From contig CBDFJG010000002.1 of the NCBI GenBank assembly GCA_965248445.1, positions 640,001 through 704,000 of the forward strand: a DNA stretch of 64,000 nucleotides, written 5' to 3'. Below the pieces are notes generated by a model, which worked only from the letters and a program-made list of their open reading frames with translations, searched no databases and was not told the origin of the DNA. The translations under genes were made by a program, and so were the position numbers. Positions 60,660 to 64,000 of this stretch are shown here, one piece after another (position 1 is the first letter of the stretch; each line of letters starts with the position of its first letter). The DNA comes from Planctomycetota bacterium (GTDB lineage Bacteria; Planctomycetota; JAJSAM01; JAJVHW01).

Positions 60660-62027
60660 TCACTCAGACGCGACGGTACGATCGGCCGAGAGCACCGCCG
60701 CGACCCGCGACTCTCCGGCGATCCTCCGCGCCACGTCCTCGATGCCCAACACCGCCTCGAGCGTCCTCGCACCCGCCGGCACGCCGGCCACCGGCTCGAG
60801 GTAGTAGCGTTCCGCTGTCCGGACGCTGTGCCCGTACCGCGCCGCCAGCGTGTACGTCGTCATCCCCAGCCCGGGCGCCGCCGCCGCGTAGGACTCGCCC
60901 GTCTGCCGGAGCTTCTGCGGTCCAGCACGCGGAACTCCCTCTTGTGCCGCGAGAGCGTTCAACGCGACCTTGAGGACGTCCACCGACATCGGCGCCGTCG
61001 TCGTCCCGAACACGTACCCCCGCTCGCCGGACTCCTGTCGCAGCCGGCGAAGAAGGTCCGCGATGCTCGGGCACACGTCGAGACGTATGCGACGTACACG
61101 CCGCGTCTTCGTCGCCCTCCCTTGCAACGTGAGGAACGGCGACGGGTTGCCGAAGCCGTCGAGGGCGTCGAGGGAGACGTCCTCCCACCGCAGGTTGAGG
61201 GCCTCACCCCGCCGACACCCGCAGAGCAGCACGAGCAAGAGGCAGCCTGCGACAGGCGCGTTCCGCGGCGTCGCCCCCACCGTGCCCCGTCCAGACTTCT
61301 CGGCACGCGTCATCCGCCACGTCTTGGCGTCGTGCGCGAGCGCGGCCTCGAGGAACGCGACGATCTCCGGCGGCCGAAGTACCTCCAGCGCCGAGTCCGC
61401 CACCTTGACGTGTTCGAGGGCCTCGCCAATCTCATCGCGGGAGAGCGCGAGGTAACGCGCCTTGCGCGACCAGTTCAGGAACGCGCGCACACTGGTCAGG
61501 ATGCGATTGACCGTGACGGGAGAGAGGACGCGACTCTCGCTCGCGCGGTCCCCTCGTCTCCCGCCGGCGGCGGCGCGCGTGCGCTTCATCACAGCGACGT
61601 GCAAGCGAAAGTCGGCCAGATGTCGCACGTTCACAGCGAGCACGTTGCGGACCTGGCGCGCGGCGCACCACGCGGCGAAGCGTCCGGAGTCGCGGCCGTA
61701 CGTGTCGAGCGTTCGCTCGCGCGTCCGTTCCGCGCGCAGATTCGCCGTGCAACGCGAGATCGCGTCCTCAAGGGAGATCGGCACGTACGCCGCCCGCCCG
61801 GCGCTCTTGGCGAGCTCTGCCGCGCGCTCCTGCAGGTTCGTGGAGAGGTCGACCGACCAGCGACACGCGGCGTCAATCGACGTGATCCCGAGCTTCACAA
61901 GGCTCTTGCTCCTGCGCTTGCCGGAGACGGCATCGCGGTACGTGGCAACGAGGCCGTAGCCAGCGCGCTTGGAGTGCGAAACGCCGGGGTGCCGCTCGCG
62001 GCAGGGCTTACCCTTCGTCCGGGCCAT
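60660..62027 (-). CDS. Tyrosine recombinase/integrase
   Basis: SAM-like core (TLDTY, SPVTVNRIL) and catalytic R (GCRRGE), K (ATK), QKLR, GHS and RYY. Confidence 0.9.
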   Translation of the reverse strand: MARTKGKPCRERHPGVSHSKRAGYGLVATYRDAVSGKRRSKSLVKLGITSIDAACRWSVDLSTNLQERAAELAKSAGRAAYVPISLEDAISRCTANLRAERTRERTLDTYGRDSGRFAAWCAARQVRNVLAVNVRHLADFRLHVAVMKRTRAAAGGRRGDRASESRVLSPVTVNRILTSVRAFLNWSRKARYLALSRDEIGEALEHVKVADSALEVLRPPEIVAFLEAALAHDAKTWRMTRAEKSGRGTVGATPRNAPVAGCLLLVLLCGCRRGEALNLRWEDVSLDALDGFGNPSPFLTLQGRATKTRRVRRIRLDVCPSIADLLRRLRQESGERGYVFGTTTAPMSVDVLKVALNALAAQEGVPRAGPQKLRQTGESYAAAAPGLGMTTYTLAARYGHSVRTAERYYLEPVAGVPAGARTLEAVLGIEDVARRIAGESRVAAVLSADRTVASE

Positions 62028-62128
62028 GGGGACCTCCAATCAGGTGTCCGTGCGCCAAGCCGCGTGCCGGGGTGACCGCCCCGGGCGCGGCGACGCAAGG
62101 ACCTGATCGTAGCCCTGGCGCCCCCCAT

Positions 62129-62149
62129 CTGTATGCAGCCTGTATGCAG
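62129..62149 (+). promoter_or_regulatory. Tandem 10-bp direct repeat, putative integrase arm-type site
   Basis: CTGTATGCAG-C-CTGTATGCAG between the integrase start and the att core. Confidence 0.55.
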
Positions 62150-62268
62150 AATTCCGGCGAATGGTGGCGAAAGAGGGGCCCGGATGGCGGCACGCGATGG
62201 GCTTGAGAACCAGCGTTTTACTGCGCTCTGTCGCCATGCTTCGCCAGCGGCGAGACTGCTCGCCCAGC

Positions 62269-62314
62269 ACTGTCGATCCGGAGGTTGCGGGTTCGATTCC
62301 CGTCACCCTCGCCA
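62269..62314 (+). other. att site: 3' half of tRNA-Asp(GTC)
   Basis: A-CTGTCGA-TCCGG-AGGTT-GCGGG-TTCGATT-CCCGT-CACCCTC-GCCA. No D-arm or 5' acceptor strand upstream. Confidence 0.85.
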
Positions 62315-62327
62315 GCACTAAGCATCA

Positions 62328-62356
62328 AGCCCGTCGGACTTTAGGTCCGGCGGGCT
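62328..62356 (+). terminator. Hairpin downstream of the tRNA fragment
   Basis: Stem agcccgtcggac / gtccggcgggct. Confidence 0.65.
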
Positions 62357-62427
62357 GTCTTCGCGTGACGGCCCAATCTCACGGGCGGTACCCGAAGCGG
62401 TACCCAACACGGCACCGATGCGCCGTT

Positions 62428-64000
62428 TTAGGCCAGGTCGCTCGGGCCGCCGCCCTCGCCCGGATCGCCCTCCCACGCCGCCATGATCTCGCGGTTCAGG
62501 CGGAGGTGCGTGAGCATCGAGGTGCGCGTCTCCTCATCCACCTGCGCCACCGACTCGTCGAGCAGGCGCTTGGCCTCTTCGAGATGCCTGGGCTTCGCGG
62601 TCGCCTCGTAGAGTCGCAGCCCGGCCTCCATCCGCACGCGCGCTTCGAGGCGCTCTCCGTGCGCCGCGAATGCCCGCTCTGCAAGCACGACCGCAGCGCC
62701 CGGGAGTCTCGTGGCGAGGGTCAGCGCAAGAGCCTCGTTGACCGGGTCCTCGTCGGCGCGTGCCAGCTCGAGGCGTTCTTCGATGAGATCTCGCGCCGCT
62801 TCCACGCGCCCGGCACGCAACTCGATTCCGATCACGGCCGGGAGGTTCCAGTGTGCCTCGCGGTGGGCACCGACTTCGACCAGCAACGCCCAGCCGGCCC
62901 GCAGGTGGTCACCTGCCTCGTCGTCGAGGTTCGACTCTGCGAGCACGACTCCGAGATTGCTGCGAGAGAGTGCCTCGAGGGACCTGTCCCCGACCTCGCG
63001 ACTGAGCGTAAGAGCTCGCTCGTAGTGCCCCCGCGCATCGCTCAGGCGGCCCTCGTAGTAGCAGTTGGATCCGAGATTTCCCGTTGCGCTTGCCTCGAAC
63101 TGCCGGTGCCCGATCTCGCGACACAGCGTGAGTCCGCGCTCGTAGTGCTCCCGCGCCTCGTATAGACGGCCCTCGGACCAGAAGACGCCGCCCAGGTTGG
63201 CCGTGGCGATGGCCTGGCCGAGCCGGTCCCCGATCTCACGGCTGAGCGCGACGTACTGCTCGTAGTGCTCCCGCGCCTCGGGCAGGCGGCCCTCGCGCCA
63301 GAAGATGGTGCCCAGGTTCCCCACGGCGGCGGCCTCGGTCCTCCGGTCGCCGCGAGCCAGCGCGAGTTCGATCGCGCGGCGGAAGGCCGCTGTGGCCTCA
63401 GTGTGCCGAGAGGTCGCACGGAGGACGTTGCCGAGCGAAATGGCCGCCTTCAAGAGCACTTCGTCGTCGCCCGCTTCCTCCGCCAGGCGCCCGGCTTCCC
63501 GCGCGCACTCCTCCTGCCGCGCGCGGCGGCCAAGCGTGTTGAAGGCGGCGGCCACTCGCAGAAGCGCCGTCGCGCGCTCGGTCATGGTCAAGAGGTCCGG
63601 GATCGCGAGGGCGCGCTCGGTGAGCGCCACGACTCGCGCGTGTAGGTAGCCCGCGGTCAGGTGCGTCTGCGCGGCGGGGAGGTAGCGCAGCGCCGACTCG
63701 CCGCGTGCGCCCTTGAGGTAGTGCTCGCAGAGATCCACGCAGAGCGCGCCGTCCAGCGTCTCGGGATCCTGGGCGGCGGCCTTCGTGCGCGTCTCGAGCG
63801 CTTTCGCGAGGGCGGCGTGGTACTCCTCGCGCATCTGCTCGTGCAGACTGCCGTACAGGGCCTCCTGCACTTGATGGTGGTCGAAGACGTAGCTGCGTCC
63901 TGACGCCCGCACCAGGCGGTGCCTCCGTTCGATCTGCCCGCACCGCTTGAGCAACGGAATGCGCCCGACGCCGAGCACGTCGCCGATCAGCGCCGGATCG
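62428..64000 (-). CDS. TPR protein, probably STAND ATPase-type (5' part outside the window)
   Basis: YVFDHHQVQEALY segment typical of the post-NTPase region; EAREHYE TPRs with a 120-bp period at 63021, 63141 and 63261. Confidence 0.8.
   Translation of the reverse strand, partial: DPALIGDVLGVGRIPLLKRCGQIERRHRLVRASGRSYVFDHHQVQEALYGSLHEQMREEYHAALAKALETRTKAAAQDPETLDGALCVDLCEHYLKGARGESALRYLPAAQTHLTAGYLHARVVALTERALAIPDLLTMTERATALLRVAAAFNTLGRRARQEECAREAGRLAEEAGDDEVLLKAAISLGNVLRATSRHTEATAAFRRAIELALARGDRRTEAAAVGNLGTIFWREGRLPEAREHYEQYVALSREIGDRLGQAIATANLGGVFWSEGRLYEAREHYERGLTLCREIGHRQFEASATGNLGSNCYYEGRLSDARGHYERALTLSREVGDRSLEALSRSNLGVVLAESNLDDEAGDHLRAGWALLVEVGAHREAHWNLPAVIGIELRAGRVEAARDLIEERLELARADEDPVNEALALTLATRLPGAAVVLAERAFAAHGERLEARVRMEAGLRLYEATAKPRHLEEAKRLLDESVAQVDEETRTSMLTHLRLNREIMAAWEGDPGEGGGPSDLA

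Larger units (their letters stand above)
56477..62314. mobile_element. tRNA-Asp-targeting integrative element (left part apparently missing)
   Basis: Tyrosine integrase next to a 3'-half tRNA, phage-like hypothetical ORFs and visibly more AT-rich cargo. The left limit is inferred. Confidence 0.75.

Noticed and set aside
62240..62314. Intact tRNA-Asp
   Set aside because: There is no 5' acceptor strand (GAGGGTG), D-arm or 5' anticodon stem, so it is treated as an att fragment.

Overview
High-GC bacterial chromosome segment. The gene content (HEAT-VWA, YdjY-like, prenyltransferase-repeat, ARPP-1/DUF6569 and carboxypeptidase-regulatory-repeat proteins) suggests Planctomycetota; this is an inference. 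Most of the window is housekeeping or envelope genes: asparaginase II, DUF151, ClpC, Ogt, M18 and M36-like peptidases, INO1 and a cystathionine gamma-lyase/synthase. It also holds two intact tRNA-Ser genes, a three-gene prepilin cluster broken by an IS66, two different single-ORF IS66 elements with 8-bp TSDs, and two near-identical inverted IS1380 copies that both sit in CTAG. The right end is a tyrosine-integrase element ending in a 3'-half tRNA-Asp att site. Its cargo includes a coupled DHH-phosphoesterase plus membrane-protein pair, which is the best candidate for an undescribed defence or signalling system. Other unusual items: two genes frameshifted by exact 8-bp tandem duplications (possible IS66 footprints), a catalytically dead cystathionine beta-synthase homologue, a histone-H1-like/methyltransferase fusion, two NLR-like genes with 120-bp TPR repeats next to tRNA 3' ends, and a palindromic intergenic repeat family. 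Protein family calls come from motif recognition only, with no database search. Several single-base frameshifts in homopolymers may be assembly errors.
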